Origin: Candidatus Spechtbacteria bacterium
GTDB lineage: Bacteria; Patescibacteriota; Minisyncoccia; Spechtbacterales; JACPHP01
Length of the DNA: 60,070 nt
Direction: 5' to 3'
Assembly: GCA_016188605.1 (NCBI GenBank)
Contig: JACPHP010000016.1
Coordinates: 1 to 60,070 of the forward strand
This document shows, piece after piece, positions 17,523 to 26,196 of the stretch (positions are counted from its first letter, which is position 1; every line of letters begins with the position of its first letter). The position numbers were made by a program, and so were the translations under genes. The notes beneath the pieces are model-generated. The model was given only the letters and a program-made list of their open reading frames with translations. It was not told the origin of the DNA and made no database searches.

Positions 17523-17683
17523 AGAGTGGGGGGTGAGGGCGACGAGATAATAGCTATTTAGTTTTTGGCTTGACGAAGTGATGAGAACACGGTAGGTTTT
17601 TTAGATCGTTTGGTCAAGATAGTTGAATATAAAGAGCATTCTGGGTAAATCCACGGCGTTCTTTGTATTGTGATTGCTAAATT

Positions 17684-18277
17684 TTAATTAAACTCATTCA
17701 TCGCCCGCGCAATTCCTTTATCAAGCGCGACAAAAATAGCCTCGGTGCAGCGCGCGATTGCGTCCGCAAACTCTTCTTTTTCTTTTCCACCGAATGGCTT
17801 AACGACAAACGCGTTCATAATATCCATTGATCTGCTTGCAGGCATGCGCGCGGGGCGGATGCCGACACGAAAGCGCGTGAAATTATTTGCGCCAAGTGTA
17901 TCTATAATAGAAGCAACACCTTTGTGTCCGCCGGCGCCGCGGTTTTGTACAATCTTTATAGTACCAAGCACAAGGTCAACATCGTCGTGTATCACCCAAA
18001 TATTTTCATGCGGCAGTTCAAGATTTTTTAATAATTCGTGAAGCGCAGTGCCAGATTTGTTCATGAAGGTAGTGGGCTTTACCAGAGTAATAGCATAATT
18101 CTCATATGATACGCTTGCCCCGTTAGAGGTACCACCTCTAGCGGGGCGGAATTGCGCGTTTAACTTTTTTGCCACAGCGTCAACAACCATAAAGCCGGCG
18201 TTGTGCGGAGAGCCCTCGTATTCTTTGCCAATATTGCCAAGGCCGAGGATTATAATTTTATTTGTTGATTCCGTCAT
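17684..18277 (-). CDS. pth: peptidyl-tRNA hydrolase
   Basis: IIILGLGNIGKEYEGSPHNAGF..VIHDDVDL motifs. Conserved pth-mfd neighbourhood. Confidence 0.95.
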   Translation of the reverse strand: MTESTNKIIILGLGNIGKEYEGSPHNAGFMVVDAVAKKLNAQFRPARGGTSNGASVSYENYAITLVKPTTFMNKSGTALHELLKNLELPHENIWVIHDDVDLVLGTIKIVQNRGAGGHKGVASIIDTLGANNFTRFRVGIRPARMPASRSMDIMNAFVVKPFGGKEKEEFADAIARCTEAIFVALDKGIARAMNEFN

Positions 18278-18316
18278 AGTGTTGATAATTATTAAATGAC
18301 TACCCCTAGCGAGCGA

Positions 18317-19378
18317 TTACGTTGTCGGCGAAAGTATTTGTTGGATGAATTGTTGTATCTGTGAATAATCTTCCAGGCCTGCTTTGGGCTGTAAAGTATA
18401 TGCTTGCTGGCCGTCCCAGTTTGCAATTTTTGAAACAAGCAGATTATCTGGCTCAGAGCTTATTACATGAAATTCTACGTTGCCTTGCGAGAATCCTTTT
18501 GTAATATTCCATACACGCTGAATCTCCCCGATAGACGCGTTTGACGCAATATGGCTTTGCGCGTGCTGATAGATTTTTATAATTGTTGGCAGATCCTTTA
18601 CAGAATTGAGCCCTTGTATTTTTTGTTTGAGCGCAAGGAGCACGGTATGTTGGCGGCGCATGCGGTCAAAGTCACCATTGCCAGTGTGGCGCGTGCGAAC
18701 ATATTTTAGCGCATCTTGCCCGTTGAGGTAACGCCATCCGCGTTGTACGGCGAAAGTTTCAAATCCGCGGTCATCCGTAGGGAAAGTTTTATCTTTTAAA
18801 GAATCTTCTTGTGGAATAGAGATGCCACCGACATCATCAATTACTTGTGTTAGCGCGTCAAAGTCGGCGATAAAATAGTACTGAGCTTTAATGCCTGTAA
18901 TTTCTTGCACTTTCTGCTGGATAAGATCCACGCCACCAGGATTTGGGAATACAGCGCTGCCGCTAAACTCGTAAAGCGCATTTATTTTTGTAATAGTTCC
19001 GCGACCGGGTACTGAAACAGCAAGGTCGCGTGGAATAGAGAAGATATCTGCCTTTATATTCACGGTATCAAAAGAGGCGAGCATGATAGTATCTGTCAGG
19101 AGCGAGCCAGGATGATCTTCGCCGCCAATGCCAAGGATGAGCACATTTACGCGGCCTGTTTCTTCGCCTTGCAATTTTACCTCCGGAGTAAGAGGAAGCG
19201 AGGCGACGGGAACCGCGTCTTTTGCTTCGGTAATTATTTGCTGTAATTTTTGTCCATTGGTTGTGTTAACAAAAGACATAATCGCGTCTTTTGTCACAGC
19301 GCCTAAAACTACGGCACTCAAAAAGCCGACTAGGAAAATAAATTTTACACCGCCACGGTTGTTTTGATTAGCACTCAT
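18317..19378 (-). CDS. LytR-CpsA-Psr (LCP) family cell-envelope protein
   Basis: N-terminal TM helix, NVLILGIGGED..LTDTIMLASFD, and RTRHTGNGDFDRMRRQ. Confidence 0.85.
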   Translation of the reverse strand: MSANQNNRGGVKFIFLVGFLSAVVLGAVTKDAIMSFVNTTNGQKLQQIITEAKDAVPVASLPLTPEVKLQGEETGRVNVLILGIGGEDHPGSLLTDTIMLASFDTVNIKADIFSIPRDLAVSVPGRGTITKINALYEFSGSAVFPNPGGVDLIQQKVQEITGIKAQYYFIADFDALTQVIDDVGGISIPQEDSLKDKTFPTDDRGFETFAVQRGWRYLNGQDALKYVRTRHTGNGDFDRMRRQHTVLLALKQKIQGLNSVKDLPTIIKIYQHAQSHIASNASIGEIQRVWNITKGFSQGNVEFHVISSEPDNLLVSKIANWDGQQAYTLQPKAGLEDYSQIQQFIQQILSPTT

Positions 19379-19503
19379 TATACAAGTATCATAGCAAAGG
19401 GCAGGCCGGGCGAAAATGGTCTTTTACAGCCGCCATTTGCAAAGTCGTATTTCTATGCTAAAATAGCGTTGTTTAGCATAAAATTGCAGACCAAAAATAG
19501 TAC

Positions 19504-20073
19504 ATGTTTGATTTAAAAGAGTTTCGGGCATTTGTGGGGGAGGCGCTGCGCATCGTAGTGATCTCCCTTCTTATTATTTTGCCGATTAGGTACTTTGTTA
19601 CCCAGCCGTTTTTTGTACGCGGGGCAAGCATGGAGCCATCCTTTCTGGACGGCGACTACCTTATTATTGACGAACTCTCATATCGTTTTTATGAACCAAG
19701 GAGGGGGGATACGGTTGTATTCCGTTTCCCAGGAGACCCTTCGCAGTTTTATATAAAGCGAGTAATTGGCCTTCCTGGTGAAACCTTGCAAATACATGAC
19801 GGTTCTGTTTATATCCAACGCCAAAGCGACGCGCAACCCTGGAAGCTTAGTGAACCATATTTGGGCGATCTGCAAACATTCGGTGAGTTAACCGCTCGCA
19901 TTGATGATAATAAGCTATTTGTTATGGGTGATAATCGTGCCGCTTCGTATGATTCGCGCCATTGGGGGCCACTGCCATTAAACGCAGTTATCGGCCGCGC
20001 GTGGGCTCGGCCATGGCCAATAGAAGAGTTCGGCTCAGTTAATGAGGTGCAGTACTCTGAACCCGCATTGTAA
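19504..20073 (+). CDS. lepB: signal peptidase I
   Basis: TM helix, GASMEPSF (catalytic Ser), YIKRVIGLPGE (Lys), and GDNRAASYDSRHWG. Confidence 0.92.
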   Translation: MFDLKEFRAFVGEALRIVVISLLIILPIRYFVTQPFFVRGASMEPSFLDGDYLIIDELSYRFYEPRRGDTVVFRFPGDPSQFYIKRVIGLPGETLQIHDGSVYIQRQSDAQPWKLSEPYLGDLQTFGELTARIDDNKLFVMGDNRAASYDSRHWGPLPLNAVIGRAWARPWPIEEFGSVNEVQYSEPAL

Positions 20074-20096
20074 CCGAGTTTATAAGTATAAAGAAT

Positions 20097-21383
20097 ATGA
20101 AGAATAATTTTCAAATTCCATCGGGGATGCATGACATTTTGCCGGAACAGCAAAATGTTTGGCAAAAAATAAACGACACGCTTAGCTCCATAGCGCAATT
20201 TTATGGTTTCCAGAGAATCGACACGTCCATAATGGAAGATTCGGAACTTTACATAAAAGGAACCGGTGAGAGCAGCGAAATAGTGCAAAAGCAAATGTAT
20301 ACACTAAAAACAGCGGGAGGCGACTCACTGACATTGCGTCCAGAAATGACTCCGGGAATTATACGTGCCTATCTGGAGCATGGAATGCCCAACCTAGCAT
20401 CGCCAATGAAGCTCTATGCTTCGGGCCCGGTGTTTCGCAGAGAACGTCCGCAATCAGGCAGGTATAGACAATTTCACCAGTTTGACTTGGAAACAATCGG
20501 TGAGCAGGATCCAGTGCTGGATGTGCAAATTATTCAATTTTGCGCAGTTGCGTTGCAATCCCTGCATGTTGGTCCATTCATAATCCACATAAATAGTATA
20601 GGATGCAACCAGTGCCGTCCGCACTACAAAAAAGCTTTAAAAGATTTTTATCGCAGTAAATTGCGGCAGGTGTGCGCGGATTGCCGCGCGCGCTATAAAA
20701 CAAATGTTTTGCGCATACTTGATTGTAAAGATGAGAAGTGCCAGCGCGTGCGAACGCAAGTTCCGCCAATACTTGATTATCTTTGCGAAGAGTGCCATAA
20801 TCATTTCAAGTTAGTCTTGGAATATATGGACGCCACCGGGTTTTCATATATAGTCAACCATTATCTTGTACGCGGCCTGGACTACTATACTAAAACCGTA
20901 TTTGAAATCTTCGCGGGCGATGTATCTACCTCAACAGAGCAAACGCCAGTTGCGCTTGCTGGGGGCGGTCGTTATGATGGTTTGGTAAGATTACTTGGAG
21001 GAAAGGATACGCCAGCAGTTGGCATGGCGATGGGCATGGAGCGCATTATGAATATATTAGAGGAGAAGAAAGCTACTTTTGGGAAAGAGGCGCGGATACG
21101 TGTATTTTTGGTTCAGCTTGGTGATTTGGCTAAGAAAAAAAGCTTGGGATTGATGGAGCGATTTCGTTTGTCGGGAATTCCCGTGCAGGAATCACTCGGT
21201 CGCGCGTCAATTAAATCTCAGTTAAGGATTGCCGATAAAGTTGGCGCGGAGTTTGCGCTTATTCTTGGGCAGAAAGAGGCGATCGACGGAACTGTAATCG
21301 TGCGCGAAATGGAAAACGGCATACAGGAAACAGTGCCGCTTGAACAAATTGTATCGTATTTGAAAAAAAGATTTGCAGGTTAA
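20097..21383 (+). CDS. hisS: histidine--tRNA ligase
   Basis: GMHDILP, LRPEMT, RRERPQSGRYRQFHQ and GGGRYDGL motifs. Confidence 0.96.
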   Translation: MKNNFQIPSGMHDILPEQQNVWQKINDTLSSIAQFYGFQRIDTSIMEDSELYIKGTGESSEIVQKQMYTLKTAGGDSLTLRPEMTPGIIRAYLEHGMPNLASPMKLYASGPVFRRERPQSGRYRQFHQFDLETIGEQDPVLDVQIIQFCAVALQSLHVGPFIIHINSIGCNQCRPHYKKALKDFYRSKLRQVCADCRARYKTNVLRILDCKDEKCQRVRTQVPPILDYLCEECHNHFKLVLEYMDATGFSYIVNHYLVRGLDYYTKTVFEIFAGDVSTSTEQTPVALAGGGRYDGLVRLLGGKDTPAVGMAMGMERIMNILEEKKATFGKEARIRVFLVQLGDLAKKKSLGLMERFRLSGIPVQESLGRASIKSQLRIADKVGAEFALILGQKEAIDGTVIVREMENGIQETVPLEQIVSYLKKRFAG

Positions 21384-21465
21384 AAGTAAAGGTTAGTAGT
21401 GGGCGGTAAGTAGTTTGTAGAACACGCGCGCCTTGGGCGCGCGACCCATTACTTACTAAAAGATT

Positions 21466-21798
21466 ATGAAAAATTGTATTTTTTGTGCCATTGCTGGCAA
21501 GAAAAAAGAAGCAGAGATCTTGCACGAGAATGACAAAATGGTAGTAATACGCGACATTCGTCCAAGCGCGCCAGTGCATTTACTAATTATTCCAAAGAAG
21601 CATATAGATTCGGTAAATGAGCTTGAGGAAAGCGATAAAGAATTAGTGGGAGAAATGGTATTGCTTGCAAAGAAAATGGCTAGGGAGCGGGGGATAGGTA
21701 GCGGTTATCAGCTAAGAGTGAATGTTGGCAAGGACGGAGGGCAGATAATTCCGCATTTGCATTTGCACTTACTTGGCGGATGGAAGGAGGACAAATAA
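21466..21798 (+). CDS. HIT-family (histidine triad) nucleotide-binding protein
   Basis: CIFC..I near the N-terminus and HLHLHLLGG. Confidence 0.92.
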   Translation: MKNCIFCAIAGKKKEAEILHENDKMVVIRDIRPSAPVHLLIIPKKHIDSVNELEESDKELVGEMVLLAKKMARERGIGSGYQLRVNVGKDGGQIIPHLHLHLLGGWKEDK

Positions 21799-21938
21799 AT
21801 TTCAAATTAAAATAGGATATCACAATTTAATTTTCAATTTACAATTTTCAATGATTCGATTTACTAGTTAGTGTTTGAAAATTAGTTCATTAGTTATTCA
21901 TTGAAAATTGAATTTTGAAAATTGAAAATTAGTTTTTT
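21799..21938. repeat. word-built inverted repeat spacer (ttttcaat / attgaaaa words)
   Basis: caatttaattttcaatttacaattttcaatg pairs with cattgaaaattgaattttgaaaattgaaaatt. The words are shared with 37234-37531. Confidence 0.7.
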
Positions 21939-22199
21939 ATGACACAGAAATTATCAAACATTATCGTTGAGCGAAAAGAACGCGAGGCAATGGGCGCGCT
22001 TTTGCGACGTTTTACTACGCATGTGCAAAAATCAGGTGTGATAAAATCGGTGCGCAAGCATCAATTTTACATAAAACCTACAAGCAAGAATCGTCGTTTA
22101 AGCTCGGCTCTTGAGCGCAACCAACGCCGCGCGGAGTATCAAAAATTAGTGAAGCTCGGCAGGGCCAAGAAAAATGTAAAGAAAGGAGGAAAGAGATAA
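21939..22199 (+). CDS. rpsU: 30S ribosomal protein S21
   Basis: ALLRRF....KSGVIKSVRKHQFYIKPTSKNRR pattern. Basic, 86 aa. Confidence 0.85.
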   Translation: MTQKLSNIIVERKEREAMGALLRRFTTHVQKSGVIKSVRKHQFYIKPTSKNRRLSSALERNQRRAEYQKLVKLGRAKKNVKKGGKR

Positions 22200-22215
22200 T
22201 AAAATAGCAGGGTTC

Positions 22216-22674
22216 ATGGGAAATCTTCAAACTCGCATCAATAGTGATCTGGTTACAGCGATGAAGGCTGGCGACGAAGTCGCAAAGTCTGTTTTGCGCA
22301 TGCTGCGCGCGGAAATTACGCGCAAGGAAATTGAGCTGATGAAGAGAGAGCTAGGCCTTGATGATGCCGAGGTAGTGGCGCTGGTGGCGAAAGAAATAAA
22401 AAAACGCCAAGAAGCAATTGAACTATATGCAAAAGGAGGAAGGCAAGATCTTGTAGATCAAGAACAAAAAGAATTGAAGGTATTGGAGATGTATAGGCCA
22501 GCCCAACTAAGCGATGAAGATGTGAAACAAGTCATATCTCGTGTTATGATGGAAGCGCAGGGCGTAAAAGATGTAGGGCTTATTATGAAAAAAGTTATGG
22601 AGCAAATTCGCGGGCAAGCGGATGGTGCGCGAGTGAGAATACTCGTGGAGGAAATCGTAAAATTTTCTTTATAA
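22216..22674 (+). CDS. GatB/YqeY-domain protein
   Basis: L..AMKAGD...SVLRML.AEI start, 152 aa. Conserved rpsU-yqeY neighbourhood. Confidence 0.85.
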   Translation: MGNLQTRINSDLVTAMKAGDEVAKSVLRMLRAEITRKEIELMKRELGLDDAEVVALVAKEIKKRQEAIELYAKGGRQDLVDQEQKELKVLEMYRPAQLSDEDVKQVISRVMMEAQGVKDVGLIMKKVMEQIRGQADGARVRILVEEIVKFSL

Positions 22675-22675
22675 T

Positions 22676-23179
22676 ATGGACGAGAGTTTGATTAATTGTA
22701 AGGTTGAAAATTTTACAAGAGCGCGTATTTCAACTCGGGGTGTCTGTAATCTTGTTCAAGAGGCCGGTCTGCGCGTGCAAAGAGAATTGCCCACGTCTTC
22801 GACTAAGGCATGGCAGAAGCAATATCGGGACGGATGCATTTTTGTTTTTTTTGTAGGGAAGGTAGAGTCGCGAGCGCTTAACAATAAATTTCGTAATCAA
22901 GACACGGCAACAGACGTAATTTCATTTGAATACGAGGATTCATTAAATGATCCGGAGCACCGCGTCGGAGAGATTGTTGTGTGTCCAATTCTTATAAAAA
23001 AACAGGCGAAGGTACGAGGAGTGCGCTTTGAAGATGAACTTGCTCACGCGCTTATTCATGGCACCATGCATGTATTTGGTCATCATCATGAGAAGAATGA
23101 AAAGGAAACGAGGTGGGTGCACAATCAAGAAGATTTTATTTTACATAAATTGGGGTACAAGACAGCACACACGCCATAA
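22676..23179 (+). CDS. ybeY: rRNA maturation endoribonuclease YbeY
   Basis: HALIHGTMHVFGHHHE metal-binding motif. Confidence 0.85.
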   Translation: MDESLINCKVENFTRARISTRGVCNLVQEAGLRVQRELPTSSTKAWQKQYRDGCIFVFFVGKVESRALNNKFRNQDTATDVISFEYEDSLNDPEHRVGEIVVCPILIKKQAKVRGVRFEDELAHALIHGTMHVFGHHHEKNEKETRWVHNQEDFILHKLGYKTAHTP

Positions 23180-23191
23180 TCTCAAAACTTT

Positions 23192-23366
23192 CAGCCATAG
23201 GCTGATCCCCGCCAGAGGCGAACAGGCGCCTCTGGCGGAAAATCAAATCGCAAAACTAAAACTCAAATCTTGAAATTACATAAAACCTCTTGATGAAGAT
23301 TTTCGATTTAAGATGTAGATTTGAGATTTACGATTTGAGTTTTGCGATAACATGTTGAGATTTTAG
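23192..23366. repeat. spacer containing a reverse-orientation copy of the CCGCC module plus a word-built inverted repeat (caaaac/ctcaaat words)
   Basis: ggctgatccccgccagaggcgaacaggcgcctctggcggaaaat at 23200-23243, then atcgcaaaactaaaactcaaatc pairing with gatttgagatttacgatttgagttttgcgat. Confidence 0.75.
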
Positions 23367-24632
23367 ATGAGTACAATAATAGTTGCTCTTATGCCACGCG
23401 ATCATATAGTTGCAGGTTTAGATATAGGAACGAGTATGGTATACACCATTGTCGCGCAAAAGCGACATGATGTTGTTATTCCGCAAATTATTGGCGTGGG
23501 CGCTGCTCCTTCGGCAGGTATGCGCAGAGGTACAGTCGTTGATGCTGACGAGGTAATAAAAAGCATTCGTCATTCTGCTGCTGAGGCTCAGCGTGTTTCA
23601 GGTGTGGCTATCGAGCGCGTATATGTTGGCGTAGGAGGAACTCATATTTCTTGCATTCCCAGCAAGGGCGTTGTTGCGGTATCCCGAGCTGACCAAGAGA
23701 TTTCAAATGAAGATGTAGAGCGAGTATTAGCTGCGGCGCAGGCAATTTCTCTTCCTTCAAACCGTGAAATAGTGCATGTTTTCCCTAGCGAATATATAGT
23801 TGATGGCGAGGGTGGGCTTCATGACGCGGTCGGAATGAACGGCGTGCGCCTCGAAGTAAACACGCTTATTGTTGGAGGATCAAGCCCATATATTAAAATT
23901 TTAAAACGCTGCACGCAAGAAGCCGGACTGGAGGTGGCGGGTATGGTTTTGAATTCTTTTGCATCAAGCAAGGCGGTATTGAGTAAGAGACAAAAAGAAC
24001 TCGGCGTGGTCTGCATAGATATCGGGGGCGGTACGACAAGTCTAGTGGTATTTGAAGAAGGAGATATCGTGCATACGGCCGTGTTTCCTATTGGGTCCAT
24101 GCATATAACAAACGATATTGCCATCGGTTTGCGCACATCAATTGATGTTGCGGAGCGCGTTAAGAAAGAATATGGGCTTGCTCTTGTGCGAGAAGCATCA
24201 AAAAAAGAAACGATTGATTTAAATAAAATTGATCCTCAAGAAGAGGGAACGATTATGCGACGAGATGTCGCAGAGATAGTAGAGGCTCGTCTTGGTGAGT
24301 TGTTTGACTTTTCCAACAAAGAACTTCGCAAGATTGGCAAAGAAGCATTCTTGCCCGGAGGCGTAGTGCTTGTAGGCGGTGGCGCCAAGGTTCCATTGAT
24401 TATCGACCTTGCCAAGGAGCGTATGCGCTTACCGGTGCAAATTGGTTTCCCGCGCGAAGTTGAGGGCATTGTTGATTCTGTTGATGATCCGGCGTTTGCC
24501 ACAGCTCTGGGGCTTGTATTTTGGGGACTTGAGCTTGAAGATGAAAACGGCGGAATACAAAGGCCTCAATTTTCATCATTAAATGGAAGTGTGGGTAAAA
24601 TGCGAAAATGGTTTCGGGCATTTTTGCCATAA
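23367..24632 (+). CDS. ftsA: cell division protein FtsA
   Basis: Actin-fold GLDIGTS, IDIGGGTT and LVGGGA motifs. 421 aa. Confidence 0.93.
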   Translation: MSTIIVALMPRDHIVAGLDIGTSMVYTIVAQKRHDVVIPQIIGVGAAPSAGMRRGTVVDADEVIKSIRHSAAEAQRVSGVAIERVYVGVGGTHISCIPSKGVVAVSRADQEISNEDVERVLAAAQAISLPSNREIVHVFPSEYIVDGEGGLHDAVGMNGVRLEVNTLIVGGSSPYIKILKRCTQEAGLEVAGMVLNSFASSKAVLSKRQKELGVVCIDIGGGTTSLVVFEEGDIVHTAVFPIGSMHITNDIAIGLRTSIDVAERVKKEYGLALVREASKKETIDLNKIDPQEEGTIMRRDVAEIVEARLGELFDFSNKELRKIGKEAFLPGGVVLVGGGAKVPLIIDLAKERMRLPVQIGFPREVEGIVDSVDDPAFATALGLVFWGLELEDENGGIQRPQFSSLNGSVGKMRKWFRAFLP

Positions 24633-24663
24633 GGGGCTAGGAGGAGGCTAATACTCGATTCGA

Positions 24664-24752
24664 TATAGAATCTATTTAAATTTTTATCTTTAGCCAATTT
24701 TCCAAGTTTATCTCTAACGGGGTTGACATTTATTACTACGAATTGCTAATGT
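24664..24752 (+). promoter_or_regulatory. reused promoter cassette, copy 1 (TTGACA-N18-TAATGT) upstream of ftsZ
   Basis: tatagaatctatttaaatttttatc..tttatctctaacggggTTGACA is closely similar to 48114-48178. -35 at 24723-24728. Confidence 0.6.
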
Positions 24753-24780
24753 AGAGTATTACATAAATATTTTAAATTCT

Positions 24781-25989
24781 ATGCCGCAAGTCAAACCAGA
24801 TATACAAACATTCGCACGCATTAAGGTTGTTGGTGTCGGTGGATCCGGATGTCACGCGCTCGCGCGCATGATGGCGCTGCGTGTTGAGGGAGTGGAGTTT
24901 GTCGCAATCAATACCGATGCGCAGGATTTACATAATTCTAACGCGCCGCAGAAGATTCATATCGGCAAGAATTTAACGCGCGGACTTGGCGCGGGTATGA
25001 ATCCTGAAATCGGACGGCAAGCAGCGGAAGAGAATCGCGATGAGCTTCAGGAAGCACTGCGCGGCTCTGACATGGTGTTTGTTGCGGGAGGTCTTGGCGG
25101 AGGTACGTGTACGGGTGCCGCACCCATTGTTGCAGAGGCTGCAAAGCAAAGCGGCGCGTTGACTGTAGCGGTAATCACCAAACCATTTGCATTTGAAGGT
25201 ATGCAGCGCGCGCGACTCGCGGAAGAAGGTCTTGCAAGTTTGCGCGAGCGCGTTGATACGTTGATCACAATTCAAAACGACAGACTCTTGCAGATTATCG
25301 ACCGTAAAACAACTCTTCTAAATGCGTTTGCAATTGTTGACGATGTGTTGCGCCAAGGCGTGCAAGGGATTTCCGATCTTGTTGTGCAACCCGGTATTGT
25401 TAACGTAGATTTTGCAGATATCAAGGCAATTATGCAAGACGCGGGGCCGGCATTGATGGGCATTGGACATGCTTCCGGTGAAGAACGGGCAATGGAAGCG
25501 GCGCGAAGCGCCATTAACTCCCCGCTTTTAGATATTTCTATTGATGGCGCGCGCGGGGTTCTATTTTGTGTAAGCGGGGGCGATGATCTTGCAATGTCTG
25601 AAATTAATGACGCGGCAAAAGTAATCACAGACTCAATTAATCCGGAAGCAAAAGTTATTTTTGGAGCTGTGCTTGATGAACGACTAAAAAAGGGTGAGCT
25701 TAAAGTTACGGTGATAGCAACGGGATTTAGCGATAATGATAATATTGGTAGCCGTAAAGAAGAAACGTCACGACGGGAGCGAGGAATTCCTGACATACAA
25801 AAAAGAGTCGCTGACCATCGTCACGAATCTCCAGTTTCCATAACAGTTAGCAGTGAAAAGGAGTATGTGGAAGAAAATGAAAATAATAACGCAAATAAAG
25901 TTCGACCACTAGAAACAAATATTCCCGTCGCAACCGAGGAAGAAGAAGATTGGGATATCCCCGCGTTTATTAGAAAGAAGTTAAAATAA
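24781..25989 (+). CDS. ftsZ: cell division protein FtsZ
   Basis: VVGVGGSGCHA, GGGTCTGAAP, and the C-terminal DIPAFIRKK peptide. Confidence 0.98.
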   Translation: MPQVKPDIQTFARIKVVGVGGSGCHALARMMALRVEGVEFVAINTDAQDLHNSNAPQKIHIGKNLTRGLGAGMNPEIGRQAAEENRDELQEALRGSDMVFVAGGLGGGTCTGAAPIVAEAAKQSGALTVAVITKPFAFEGMQRARLAEEGLASLRERVDTLITIQNDRLLQIIDRKTTLLNAFAIVDDVLRQGVQGISDLVVQPGIVNVDFADIKAIMQDAGPALMGIGHASGEERAMEAARSAINSPLLDISIDGARGVLFCVSGGDDLAMSEINDAAKVITDSINPEAKVIFGAVLDERLKKGELKVTVIATGFSDNDNIGSRKEETSRRERGIPDIQKRVADHRHESPVSITVSSEKEYVEENENNNANKVRPLETNIPVATEEEEDWDIPAFIRKKLK

Positions 25990-26050
25990 AGTTGCGCAAA
26001 TAAAAAACTGGCATGCGGTATGTATGCCAGTTTTTTATTTGCGTGGATAA
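25988..26050. repeat. terminator-containing direct repeat, copy 1
   Basis: aaagttgcgcaaataaaaaaC[ctggcat..atgccag]ttttttatttgcgtggataa. The conserved flanks recur at 29087-29149. Confidence 0.85.
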
Positions 26051-26082
26051 AAGCTTCCATTATTCACACCCCTTGCTCTTGC

Positions 26083-26097
26083 GGGGGGGGGGGGGGG
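26083..26097. repeat. homopolymeric G15 tract
   Basis: 15 consecutive G, 100 nt upstream of the 931-aa gene. It lies between TTGCTC (26073-26078) and TATAAG (26100-26105). Confidence 0.98.
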
Positions 26098-26196
26098 CTT
26101 ATAAGAATAAAATGAAAAGTACTAGGGTTTAAGGAGCTTTGTAGAGGTTAAACCTCTACAAAGCCCTACACTTAAATTAACTAAAGCATCTTCTCT

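Noticed and set aside
19379-19503. The divergent LCP/lepB intergenic region as a replication origin
   Set aside because: Gene orientation switches here, but the 125-nt spacer has no DnaA boxes or extended AT-rich unwinding element.
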